NCBI GenBank assembly: GCA_009602725.1
Contig: WELB01000011.1
Coordinates: forward strand, 462,597 to 520,613
DNA length: 58,017 nucleotides
Source of the DNA: Spirogloea muscicola
Taxonomy: Eukaryota
Direction: 5' to 3'
A program made the translations under genes and the position numbers. Positions 13,121 to 25,200 of this stretch are shown here, piece after piece (the first letter of the stretch is position 1; each line of letters opens with the position of its first letter). The notes below the pieces were generated by a model. That model made no database searches, had not been told where the DNA came from, and saw only the letters and a list, made by a program, of their open reading frames with translations.

Positions 13121-14091
13121 CATATTCGTGTACTTGAAAGAAACGAAGGACAAATGGCCAAATACAAAGGCAAGCGCATCTGAAGACCTACATGACCTAC
13201 AGCAGATTGACCCGCTCAATAACCACGGGTGAAAACATGAAGGTCGCTAATCGATGCCTGAATACTAGATGGCAAATACGAAGCGCTTCTGCCACAAACT
13301 AGAGCTCGCCCAGCTTTCTGGTGCAAAGCATTAGCCTGAGCACGCTGCAAATAGGCCGAAACGCGTCGTCGCAAGAACGACAAGTATGCAGCTGGCAGGC
13401 CCATCTCAGCCATCTCGAAGAAAAGAGATCGTGTATTAGAAAGAAATGTAGGCCAAATGGCCAGGTACAAAGGCAAGCACATCTAAAAATCTACATAACC
13501 TACAGCAGATTGACCCGCTCAATAACCACGGGTCAAAACATAAAGGTCACTACTCGATGCATGAATACTAGATGCCGGGAACGGAGCCCTTCTGCCACCT
13601 ACTAGAGCTCGCCCAGCTTTCTGGTGCAAGGCACTAGCCTGAGCACGCTGCAAACAGGCCGAAACTCGACGTCGCAAGAGCGACAGATATGCAGCTGGCA
13701 AGCCCATCTCAGCCGGAAACACATCTGCGCGTCGAGTGTAGCCTAGATTGGCAATGTTTTGAAGCAGAGTGTGGAAGCGAGGACCCAGACAGCCAAAGAT
13801 GTCGATTGCAGCTGGCAGGAGTTGATCGCATTGGGGGTAATCGGAGTAATGCCGCAGTTTTCTTTGCTCTGCTCCGCCCACTGCGTGCCCAGCAATGTGT
13901 GTTGATGCTGGGCCTTTATATGCCTCTGTAACAACAACGTCGACCAGGGCCCGTGGTCCTCCACCAGGTTGCACGCCCACAATGTCAAGTGTGCGGCGAT
14001 GATGACGTCCCTGGGCGTCCGTGGTGATAGGCATGATATTGTTGACTTCCACGACCGCACGGTAGCCGGCGTCGCGCATCAAGCCCGCCAG
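13121..14091 (-). mobile_element. Two head-to-tail 5'-truncated REL-LINE copies (UTR type C)
   Basis: ORF 13519-14082 RRTLDIVG..ALVDVVVT..AEQRKLRHY..LLPAAIDIFGCLG..RVSACLQRAQA..TRGY* is an open REL domain fragment. A shorter second copy lies at 13121-13412 with the same 3' UTR ending in ..A(A/G)TACACG. Confidence 0.9.
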
Positions 14092-14204
14092 GAAGGAGGG
14101 AGGTGGCGTCCGAGGGGGGAGCCATGAAGGGAGGCCCCTTCTTCCCCTCGTTCACCCTTCCCCCGATTCTTTAACATCAGCAGCCGCTTGCTTTTTCCCC
14201 CGCG

Positions 14205-14630
14205 TTGTACTATTCCGACTATCCCCAATGCGATCAGCTCCTGCCAGCTGCAGTTGACATCTTTGGCTGTATAGGTCCTCGTTTCCACACTCTTCTCCAG
14301 AGTATTGCCAATCTAGGCTATGCACGACGTGCAGATGTGTTTCCGGCTGAGATGGGCCTGCCAGCTGCATATCTGTCGTTCTTGCGACAACGCGTTTCGG
14401 CCTGTTTGCAGCGTGCTCAGGCTAATGCTTTGCACCAGAAAGCTGGGCGAGCTCTAGTTGGTGGCAGAAGGGCTTCGTATCTGCTACTAGAATTCAGGCA
14501 TCGATAGGCGACCTTTATGTTTTGACCCATTACTGAGCGGGTCAATCTGCTGTAGGTGATGTGCGCCTCTAGATGTGCTTGCCTTCGTACTAGGCCATTT
14601 GGCCTTTGTTTTTCCCAAATACACGGAAAT
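14205..14630 (+). mobile_element. REL-LINE 3' fragment (type C), inverted relative to 13121-14091
   Basis: YSDYPQCDQLLPAAVDIFGCIG..RVSACLQRAQANALHQKAG, followed by the same 3' UTR. Confidence 0.88.
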
Positions 14631-15169
14631 GTTCCGGGTAGTGAACCCGGCGGCCCACGGTGTTGCTGTTAGCTGAAACAATTGGCCTGTGTTAGCTGTA
14701 ACAAGCGGCCGGTGGTCGCTTCTAGGTAAAGCAGAAGGAACAGCTTCGGAAAGCGTGAGAAGAGAAGGCGCGGTGCGCATAAATATGAGGGGGGTAAACC
14801 ACGCCAGTATACTGTGTGAAGAAGAACAAGGCAACGTCACAGGGCAAAGGGTACAGAACAGAAAATACCACTGAAGGAAGCTTTGGTACCTGCCAGTGAG
14901 CACATACATCTGACAAGATAATCTGGGGCGCCGGAGCACCACCACGCAAGCCAGTGGCCTGGCTTGGTGCGCGACCATCACGCTGATGTATGGCTAGAGA
15001 CTGGAAATGCAAAACTAAGGAAGAGCTGCATAACGTAAGGAGCAATTAGTGCTTGCAGGACTCTGGTACGTCCCAACAACCTGGTTGAATCACGGCGGCG
15101 TCTCAACCAGGTGAGCTAGGCTAAGAAGAAAGAGCTCTTGCTATATGAGGCGATGGCTGTGAGAAAGAA

Positions 15170-15780
15170 AGAAAGTTGCTCTTTCATAAGGGGGCAAAGG
15201 CAGTGAACAGCCAGCCCGAGAAGAATCGACAAGGTCCGAAGGGGCCAACAGCGCTTTCTCAAAGCTCGCCCGGTAGGAATCACTTTAACCTCGTGTGAGG
15301 AGCCGCAAATCAGAAAGACTAGCAGCCGGAAAGCAATTCCTCTGACGAAAGCCAGAGGCTGCAGCTAGAGCACGGCCAGGACGCAGATGCAAGGCGTGGG
15401 CCTTGGACCGCTGGACTGAAGTAAATAGGCGCATGCGGAAGACCCGAGCTAGCGAGCCAGCGGCGTTTAAGTCGGCCTGCTCACCTCGCCTGCGGGACAC
15501 CTGTGCAAGAAAGGAAGTGCTCGCTCATTAAGGATATTGAAGCGCGGCCAGATTGACTGGTGGCTGGGAAAGGCCAGCCCGAAGGAATGGACAAGGTCTG
15601 AAGGAGCCGGAGTACGAAAGACTAGGACTAAGACATCAGCCAGGGAACGCTTATAATCTCTAGTCAGGAGATGCAAGTCTGAGTAACTAGCCGGCGGAAA
15701 GATGTCGCCCTGACAAGGATAGGGGCTGGAAAAGCCAGCCCAATTATAAATGAACAGAGTACGAGAAGGGGGCCAGGCAA
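15170..15780 (-). mobile_element. Cluster of nested REL-LINE 3' ends
   Basis: RLFTSVQRSKAHALHLR..SDLRLLTRG* (15285-15500). A type B element (15537-15714) is inserted in a type A 3' end with TSD AAGGATA (15530-15536 / 15715-15721). Confidence 0.85.
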
Positions 15781-15782
15781 TC

Positions 15783-17370
15783 CCGTGTATTAGAAACAAA
15801 TGTAGGCCGAATATCCAAGTACAAAGGCAAGCACATCTGAAGATCAACATAACTGTAAGGCGGCGGGCGGAGGCCCGGGGCCTTAGGACGCGGAGCTGGA
15901 CTGCAAGCGAGGATCAAGAGACTGGAAGCACGATGCACAAGGCGTCTTGGATTACTGGAGGGGCAAGAGTACAGAGTGCTCGAGAGGTGAGCAGGCAGGA
16001 TACAGATTGCTGGAGATGGGGGCCCAAGAGGGGGCCCCCCTCCTTACATAGCCTAGCCTCACTAGGGCCTCTGTAAAGATCTAGAAGTTGCAGGAGGACG
16101 TTCCCATGCCCGGGGTCCCTCGGGAACCCTCTAGAGGAGCCCAGATTAGGGTTAGGGCTGACTAGGCTGGATTTAGGCTTAGGGCGCGGGGCGCCGGCTC
16201 GAGCTCGGGCTAGGGCGCGATTCATGACAATAACCTACAGCAGATTGACGCGCTCAATAACCACGGGTCAAAAAATAACGGTCACTAATCGATGCATGAA
16301 TACTAGATGCCAGAAGCGGAGCCCTTCTGCCACCAACTAGAGCTCGCCCAGCTTTCTGGTGCAAGGCACTAGCCTGAGCACGCTTAAACAGGCCGAAACT
16401 CGTTGTCGCAAGAGCGACCGATATGCAGCTGGCAAGCGCATCTCAGCCGGAAACACATCTGCATGTCGAGAGTAGCCTAGATTGGCAGTGTCTTGAAGGA
16501 GAGTGTGGAAACGAGGACCCAGACAGCCAAATATATGTCGATTGCGGCTGGCAGGAGCTGATCGCATTGGGGCTAATCGGAGTTGTGCCGCAGTTTTCTT
16601 TGTTCTGCACCGCTCACTGTGTGCCCAGCGATGTGTGTCGATGCTGGGCCTTTATATGCCTCCGTAACAACAACGTCGTCCAGGGCCCGTGGTCCTCCAC
16701 CAGGTTGCACGCCCACAATGTCAAGGGTGCGGCGATGATGACGTCCCTGGGCGTCCGTGGTTATAGGCATGATACTGTTGACTTCCACGACCGCACGGTA
16801 GCCGGCGTCGCACATCAAGCCCGCAAGGGCATCGCGGAGGAGGTTGTAAATGCCCACCACTTCTGGTCCAGTGAGCCATCTCAGCATGTGAGTGGCGAGC
16901 TCAGCACCCTCTGCACGGAAGCCGCACTCGCACTGGCGCACCCAAATCAGGCACTTAGGTGGGAGGCCGAGGAAGAGTTGAAGTGACGTCCGAAAGGCCT
17001 TGGAGCTGATGCTGAAGGCGTTGGCGACGGGGGAGAGGTGATCCAGTCAGTGGCACCAGGTGTGGCCAGAGAAGTAACTCTTGCCAAGCTCCTTGGATTG
17101 TTCTGAAACTCTGGCAGCCTTCTCAACCCTCTGCGGCGTTCGTCTTCCACTGCCGTAACCAGTCTGGATTGTGCCCCTCTATCAGAAGCTTGGGCGAGGG
17201 CTGAGAATGACGTGAGTAGGGTTTGGAGAGAGGGGAAAGAGCTGATGGCTGAGTCGCGGATGCTCCTCAGATCCGCTTGGGATGGGAAGGAGCCTTCCTC
17301 CAAATTGCGTACAGGGTCGTGGAGGCAAGGGAAGCGCATGGGGAGCAGGGAGGCGATCAGGGGAAGCGCT
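15783..17370 (-). mobile_element. Longest REL-LINE remnant (type C): post-RT region, Zn-knuckle, REL domain and 3' UTR; degenerate, with a solo LTR in the UTR
   Basis: LARVTSLATPGATDWITSPP, then CECG..ATHMLRW..(Y)NLLRD (degenerate CCHC knuckle), then RRTLDIVG..AEQRKLRH. Frameshifts and stops are present. High similarity to 13430-14091. Confidence 0.87.
15854..16229. mobile_element. Solo LTR (376 bp)
   Basis: TGTAA...TGACA termini and a perfect 5-bp TSD ATAAC (15849-15853 / 16230-16234). Removing it restores the LINE 3' UTR ..caacataacctacagcagattg.. Confidence 0.85.
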
Positions 17371-17740
17371 AAGAAAACCAAGCACACTGTGCAAGCCGGG
17401 CCAACAGGTCGAGCCACTGAGACCCGAACGAGAGAGAGCTCGCCCATAATAGAGAGGGGCTGGCAGAAGCCAGCCGAAAGCCCCGTGCACATCGACGGCC
17501 AGCGGGACGAAGTCGTCCCCTGCCGGGTAGTACGCATACTTGAAAGAAGTGGCACTCTCAATGGGGACAAGGGCTGCGAAAAGCCAGCCCGAAAAGAATT
17601 GACAAAGGTTCGAAGGGGCAAGGGGCCAAAAGCCGCGCATACTTTGCCGCTTTGTCACCAGCGGCGCTTGCTGCTACGTGTCCAGCATTCAACGCAGAGA
17701 GCCCCAGATTGGAGTTGTGAGACGTCAGCCCAGAATTGAA
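17371..17740 (-). mobile_element. Nested REL-LINE fragments
   Basis: REL peptide AGHVAASAAGDKAAKY-A-YYPAGDDFVPLAVDVHGAFG is split by a hairpin-bearing 3' end (17542-17635) with TSD CGCATACTT (17533-17541 / 17636-17644). Confidence 0.82.
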
Positions 17741-19814
17741 TAAAAGGCAAAGCGATGGAGGAGGATCACTCAATACTATAGCCGCCACAAATTTCATAGA
17801 GCACGAAATTCAGTGGTATTCCAGATGGGTCTGTTGAGCAGGCGAGCTCCACACCTTAGCAGCTCGCTGGCGCAGGTCAACCGCACTCAGCTGTGTCGTG
17901 TCTTTGCTCTCTTGATGCCTTGGGGCTTTTGCCTTGCTTAACTGCTAACTTGGCCAGACTTGCTGGGCTGGCTTTTCACAGCCCCTGGCCCCTTCGGTAG
18001 TGCTCGTTTCTTCTTATGCTTAGTCATACTGTGCCGCCCTCCTGCTGGCGCCCTCTTCCGCAGAAAGTCATTGACACGTCGATTTGGCCATCTTCCATTA
18101 ACATTGCCCCTTCTGCGGACTCTCATGTGCACTTTCCAGCACACGGGCACCTTCAGATCTTCAGCTCTTCAGCTTGTCCGAGGGGCTCTCACTCTGCACT
18201 AAGGCTGCTGCAACTGGATCTGCGCTTGCCATGAGCTCAGCTACACACGATACATGATGCATGCTCCAAGGTGGCCCTCACTGACCCTCCTCACTTCGTC
18301 ATTGTGATTCTCTGCTTCTTCGGCTGATCATGAAGTGATGACCTGTGGTCGACTGTCCCTGAAGAGCAGCACTGCTTCTCTGTCTGGGAAAGTCCAACCT
18401 CCCTCTGGCTGACCCTCCATTTCGCGCATTAGGCAGCACATCCACCTCCACTCGCACTGTAGGCAAGAGCTTATACAACCTGGTAGAATCTCATCACTTT
18501 GGCGGAGTTTGCTTAGGGAGGCATAAGATTAGATGGTCAAAACTTTCAGGCGTGCAGATGCGACTCGGGCCAGAACATAGAAGTTGCCATTAGAATCACA
18601 AGTGCCACTAACAGCCAAATGCAGACAACTTGCAAGTTCTCATTGGCATGCACCCCGTCTTGGCTCCCGTCCAGCATACCTTGTCCTGTACAAAAGACTT
18701 GTAGCACACAGTTGCCTGTCATGCCACCATACATCAATGCCACGGTTGGCTTCCCGACAGGATCTGGTTTTAGTCGATAACGTTGTTCCTTTACTGGTAG
18801 CTTTCTCTCCCGAGCTCCACTCTACAGCTGAAGTCGTCCACTGACTTTGCCAGTTGTCTTCAGACACACTTCTCGGTGTAACCACATGCGCTTCTCTTAC
18901 ACTGGGCAATTAGTTGGAGGGTTGACTCTATTCTGCAACGAAAACATCAAGACGGTTTCAGCTCCAGCAGCAGTCATTGGTGCAGCAGCAGCAGCACGAA
19001 CACCAGGAGGAGCAGCAGCAGGCACATAAACGGGAGGAGCTCCATTATCGATGTTCTCTTCTCCCGGGTGCTGAAGCTGCTCTCATGTGCGCTGAGTCAC
19101 GGCGAGAAGCATTTCCTTCACCGACAGGTGACAATGGTCGAGACGATGGCAGAGTGGGAACCGCAAGGCTCCCGCGGGATACGTCCTCTTCATCCGCGCC
19201 AGTCCGCAAGATATCTTGCACGTACTCTTGCCCTAGTGGAGCATTGGCCAGTCCTGCACTTGCTGCAGCTCCGGCACTGCTGCTACCAAAGCACAGCACA
19301 AGCAAGCCAAGCAAGCTCCTACAGCAACCTCGAAAGCACACAGACAGTCGGCCGTAGGCTGGCTGACACACACATGCAGACAGCACACCAGCTTGCAAGG
19401 GCTGTTGCACCTAAGGTGGCAGTGACGCACGAACCTCTTGGTGATTTTGTTCAATAGATGGCTTGCAGGTCTATCGCGAACTGGCCGCTGGCAGTGTGAC
19501 TCCGTGCACAGAGGGAATGGAGGTTGCTTGATCAGTCCACCAGATTCCTTCTACCAACATATTACTCGGCAGTGTTGTCGGTTGCAGGGCTTCTGTGGTA
19601 CACTCGAGTCTGCCGATTAGATCAATGTTCAGTCCTCAACGCAGGAGCAGGGACAAGCAAACAAAAAGCATCAATGATAAGTAACACAAAGTTGGCTTTG
19701 AGCACAAATTCAACTTCCACTTCTAGACTGCTGCCGGGCCTTGATTACATGCTAACATGCACAGTCCACCGAAAAAAGATGATACTCAATTGGTCAGGCA
19801 ATTCTAACGTAAGC

Positions 19815-21660
19815 TCATCCAAAGGGAGTGAGGGCTGTGAAAAGCCAGTCAGAAAAGAATGGACAGGCAAAAGCTGCCGTCACATCGTCACGTGATGTCA
19901 TCACATGTGACGTCACCACCTGCTAGTGGTGCCTCAGTGTAAGACTTCGGTGCGCTGTGTTCGATGGCGCTACATTGTGTAGGAGGTTTACCCCTTACTT
20001 TCCCAACCGAAGCCAATAAGGACGCTCTGACCCTTGACTGTGTGTACAGAGAGAGAAGGCGCGCGGTGCGCATGAACTTGAAGCGAGGCCAATTCAAGCC
20101 AATACATTGTTCAGGCAGAAAATGCAGAAAGTGCAAAGAATGCAGCGCAAAGAATGTGGCTACATGAAATGACGCCCTATACTGTACAGGGGTATGATCG
20201 TTTCGCTTCAAACGCAAGTCAAGAGCCGGAAGTCGAGATGCTACTAGCAGCTGCATCACAGTCCTCCTATACGAAAGTACTGCGGCCTCCTCCGCTGCAA
20301 CGACCACCTACAGGCCGCAGTCGACATCTTTGGGTGCATAGGTCCTCAGTCTCATACTCTACTCAAACTTAACTGCTATTCTAAAGCATGCACGCCGTGA
20401 GGCTGCGCTTCTGGGTAGAGGGTGGGCTTGCCGGCAGCACATTTGTTGTACTTGCGCTCTCGTGTGTCAGCCTGTTTGCAGCGAGCTCTGGCTCAGGCTT
20501 TGCACTAGACAGCTGGACAAAGTATGGATGGTGGCAGAAGGGTCTGGAATGTGCTGTCCGGTATTCAGACAGAATTATGTGAACTATACCTGCTGACCCG
20601 TCGTAACAGAGCGGGTCGGCTTAGCAGCAGGTGATGCACACCTGTAGATGTGCTTGCCCCTGTACTCAGCCCCTTAGGGCCTCCATCTCTTGTACACGCA
20701 TTTCTCTGCCGATAGGCGGAGGCGGCAGCCAGGACACGGCTAGCACGCAGATGCAAGGTGTGAGCCAAAGTAAGACTGCCGGAAAGATTGAGGGCCGCAT
20801 GCGGCACATCAGGGTCACAGTGCCCGTTTTTTTCAGGTCAGCCTGCGTCCCTTGCGGCCAGCAAGAATTAACGGCTCTTTGGACCTTTTTCATTATTTGG
20901 TTTTCATTACTCTCATTGTCGCGAGTTACTCCGACTTGCTGCTGCTAAGTCAGGGTTAGTAAGCTCCACTCCGCAGTAGTCTCGTGCATAGCTGTGCGCG
21001 TTAGGCGGCTCTCGGCTCTTTGAGCCTTGTCCATTCTTCCTGGGCTGGCCTTTCACGCCCACTGCCTTTTATTCGGCCAGCTAGCTACTCGGACTTGCAT
21101 CTCCTGACTAGAGGGAACTGAGCGTTCCCTGGCTGATGTCTTAGTCCTAGTCGTTCGCACTCAGGCTCCCTCAGACCTTGTCCATTCCTTTGGGCTGGCC
21201 TTTCCCAGCCACCAGTCAATCTGGCCGCGCTTCTTCTTACATTGGACCTTGTCATTCTTTTTGGGCTGGCCTTTCCCAGCCCCCACCCTCTGTGGGCGAG
21301 CAATTTCTCTTGTATGGGAAGAGCTGTTGTTAACGCGACCACAAGCCGGTGCAATTCGAGCCACCGAGCCCCCAAGTTATTCAAGAGCTCGCATATCACG
21401 AGATTTGTCCATCTCAACTGGCCTTAACAGCTGCTGCTGGCGCCGCTTCTCGTCTTCCTCGCTCCTGACGGCTTAGCTTCCACGAGCCTAGCATCTCCGA
21501 CCTACGGCTGCTTACCAGAGGATACTGAGTGATTCGTAGCTGCTTTGTTTCTCTGTGTGCCTTTTTTTCTTAGCGCTTCCCCTGGCCCCTTCTCGTACTC
21601 TGTTCTTTTTTGGGCTGGCTTTTCCAGCCCCTATTCTCAATGGGCGAGCACTTTCTTCTT
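19815..21660. mobile_element. Second cluster of degenerate REL-LINE 3' ends (types A, B, C, D; both strands)
   Basis: Degenerate type C at 20270-20665 (+), a REL C-terminus at 20690-20860 (-), type B at 21085-21237, type A at 21479-21657 with TSD CTTAGCT (21472-21478 / 21658-21664), and type D at 20045-20120 (-). Confidence 0.8.
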
Positions 21661-22221
21661 AGCTGGCCATTTGGCCTTCTCCACAGGACCAGCAGACTGC
21701 CTCCGTCTTGACTGGATTCTAGAATCTGGCCACAGAGGAGAAAGGTATACACCCGACTTGCAGCCTTACTTGCAGCCGCCACCTTGGGGTCCTGCTTGTC
21801 CAGCTCCACTCCACTATGAAGTTTCATGGTGGCCACATGATGAAATCCGGCAAGGTGCGACACTTCATTTGCTGCTGTATATTAGTGTGCATGTAACTTG
21901 CTTCAAGTATGACATAAAGTTCTTAATATCTGCAACTGCACAAGTCGACGGGAAACTTCGGTGGGCAGATAAGTCAAAAATGACAAACATGAACAGAAGT
22001 CTTGCACCCTATGCAGATCTGCAAAATGACCTCACCATCTATATGCCACTTTCTTATTCTATGGCTGATACTAATGACGACAATCTGCATATGCCTCCAG
22101 GCGACTGTTATTTGCATTACACTCTGCTAGAGTATGGAGGTTCCCAGCACCTTGTTTTGCTTAGACTCCTACTAATATTCTTGCAGCTTCATGTAGGCGA
22201 GCACGTAGAGAAGAAACAGAT

Positions 22222-25200
22222 TCAACGCAGGGTACGAGTCCTTTGTGAGCGTAAGGCAGTTCGCTTTCGCCAGATACGCCAAGCCTGCTTTGTCCCCTTG
22301 TAGAACAAGTAGGCCGCAAGTATGACCACCATGCCAGAGGAAAAGATCATGAAGTGGTATATCTCTTCGTCATGACCTCCTTCTTTGAGGCCACTCATAT
22401 CCAGATTGTCCCGTGTGAGCAACCGCATCATCAAGCTGGGCTTTTGTAGGGTGGCACAATCTGCACCTTGGAAGAACTTATCGCAGATGCATTTGTTGGT
22501 GAGCCCGTTACAGACTCCGTGGCCACTGCACCAGTCACAGCAGTAGGACACGGGCAGCCACTCTTAACGCTCTGCGCAGGCATGTGATATCCGCAAGACG
22601 CCATAAAAGGAGCAGGGCTTAGAAGCAATGAAAGAAATGCCTAATTGTATTATCCTCTAATGCAAGTGCTCGCAGCCAGCTTGAGTTGTAAGGAAGGAAC
22701 CTCGACCTGCAGCCGTGGGGGCAGAGATAAGGTACAAGGAACAGTCTGCTCGTTGGAGGAGAGCTTGGACGAGTCTGCATAGGCACTATCCAAAACTGGC
22801 CGCCTGGGGCAAGGCCCATGACCTCTGGTTGGCCTTTGACAGATGCCTGGCATGGTGGAAGCGAAAAATGGCCAACGGTGGTGGCTAATACCTTGTAGCT
22901 GTATGTGTATGTGCCTGCCTTGAGAAAGCCACTAGACACTCGAACTGCAGACATAGTCTTCTGCTGCTCGTCATACCATGGCTCAGTGAATCCCCTGCAT
23001 AAGCTTGACGTATGAGCTTGAGCTTGCTTATAGCATACCCCGTTGATTGAGTGCTCAGAAGCTCGTGAATGTAGGTACCTATCGGATCGCTGTATGAAGT
23101 GAAGACATCCATCTGGCACGCTGGAAAGAAAATGCTCTACAAAATCTGTTAAGAGCGACTTCCACATCTGCTGCGGATTTAAGTAGGACATGTGTGCACT
23201 TACTTAGCATAGGAACCAGAAAGGAGGTCTGGTGCGTCAGAGGCACCATAATAGGAAAGAGGTTCACAACCTCCAGGCAGCTTATCGACCAGCTGCAGAC
23301 CTTCGATATCATCGAGGGTAGTCATTTGAAGAGTGACTTGTAGAACTGAGCCAACCTCCACCTGCAGTCATGAACAATTTGGTGGTCGATGCATTGCTAT
23401 CAGGGCGGATACCTGAGGAGAAGCAGCGCATCTTGGGTGTCTGACAACTTGAGCCGCCTCAAAGAAGCCGCCTTAAGCATGACTACAATAACAACAAGGA
23501 TGAAATGTTTTCAGAGCATCTTGGAGAGTTGCTGCTACTTCACCCACCCAGGTAAGATCCTCCAAATTGTTTTCACCTGTTGAGATATCTATCTTTTGAA
23601 TTACCCGTCTTACATCCAGCCCACGGAAAAGAGGGAAGGTAATGAGTTTCAACGGCACATAGCTAACTGTGGTTGTGACATATACCTGCACGCACAGTAG
23701 GCATGAATGATGCTGACTCTGCAGGGGCTTAAAAGGTGGCATGACGACGTCAGCTTGAAGACGTCATTAGTAATAAGGAAGCGGCACAACGACTTCATAC
23801 CTCTCCCTTGCCATGGGCCTGATATTTTATGCTTGGCCTGGCTGAGCCAACCTCCTGAAAGGAGAAAGATCTGTGTACCAGAGATGAGCTCCCTCCAAGC
23901 CTGAAGGAGGCCGTCAACAACTTCTTCTTCCCAACAGCAGCCTCAAGCTGAAGATCAGTGCTCACACTGCCCTTCCATCGATCGTACTGTGCAAGTGCTA
24001 TAATGGGCAAGGCAGCCTCCCTAGGGCTGACGCTGTAGATTCCCAGGTTTTGGCCTCCCAAGGAGCTATATGCAGAGAGGTAATTCGCAATTTTCTCTTC
24101 TATGACTCCCGTGCCATTGAGCTGCAGCAAAAGAGTGTTCGTTAGCTGGCTCTCACCTTGAGCAGTCATTCTGAGCCAGGATCAAACTCTTCCATAGGAA
24201 TCAAAGTAAGATTGAATTCCAACAAAAATGCACAGGACTTCTTGAGTAAGCAATCACTGAATTCACAACATCACAGACGCTGCTCAGAGACCCTGATCAC
24301 AGAGAGCAGCACTAAGCAGCTACGCAAGGATGCTTCGAACTTGGTGGCTTCAGTGCATGACTTCAACATGCACGGAGCTCGAAGCACAAATGACAACTTT
24401 GCCTTGGTGAAAAGTAGTAGCGCCATGGCATTAGCAGATCTGGAAGCAGGCTGGTTGGACCCCTCGGTGATGTACGCAGTGCTGCCTTGGATTCTCACAG
24501 CAGCTCGCAATGATGTGATGATATTTGCTAGCTCTGAAGCCCAAAATGACGAGTAGAAGTCGTCCAAGGAAGCTGACAAAGTAAGACCAAGTGCTGCTTT
24601 GTGAAAGTTTGAGAGCTGGGACACATGCTGTAGAAGACGGCTCATGCCAAGATCTCTACGGAGGCTTCTGTCTCTGCGCCTCTTGGACACCCAGGATGTG
24701 CCAAGGGCGAGACGCGCCTCCGCTAGGAGCGGTATCCGCATGGTACCTTGACCTTTGTAACAGGTTTCTAAACTCTTGACGAGACCCTTGTGCCACGTCC
24801 GTTGCAGGTACTCATTGAGCGACGGGCTCAGCAAGGGGCAGTTCAGATGTTCCAACAGCCTCAGCAAGAAGAGGGCAACAGCTTGAAAGCCCAAATCACA
24901 AGGACTGGAGCTCCAGCAGAGCGACCCTGGACAGAGGGAGCCATTTGCAGCACTTAAAGCAAGTAACATGCTTGCCAGAAAGGGTTGTGACCATTCCAGC
25001 CAAGTTGCTGCAACTCTTGGATCGCAGGACGATACTCATCACAACCAAGTTCTGGCTGTTACAACAAGAAGGCTTGTAAGTATGTACCACTTGCAACCAA
25101 GTCACTGAGGTTGCTGGATGTTTCTTCAGGTACATCAAGCTGAAGCAGAGAACTTCCTTGCAGGTACTCCGATGTTGACAGTGAAGCTGCCAGCTTAGCA

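Noticed and set aside
19878..19918. Cluster of CACGTG / CACATGTG / TGACGTCA palindromes
   Set aside because: Lies within TE debris far from any identified gene start; no support for a regulatory role.
21545..22303. 252-aa plus-strand ORF
   Set aside because: Starts in a retroelement UTR, ends antisense to the A2M-like last exon, and has no recognisable motif.
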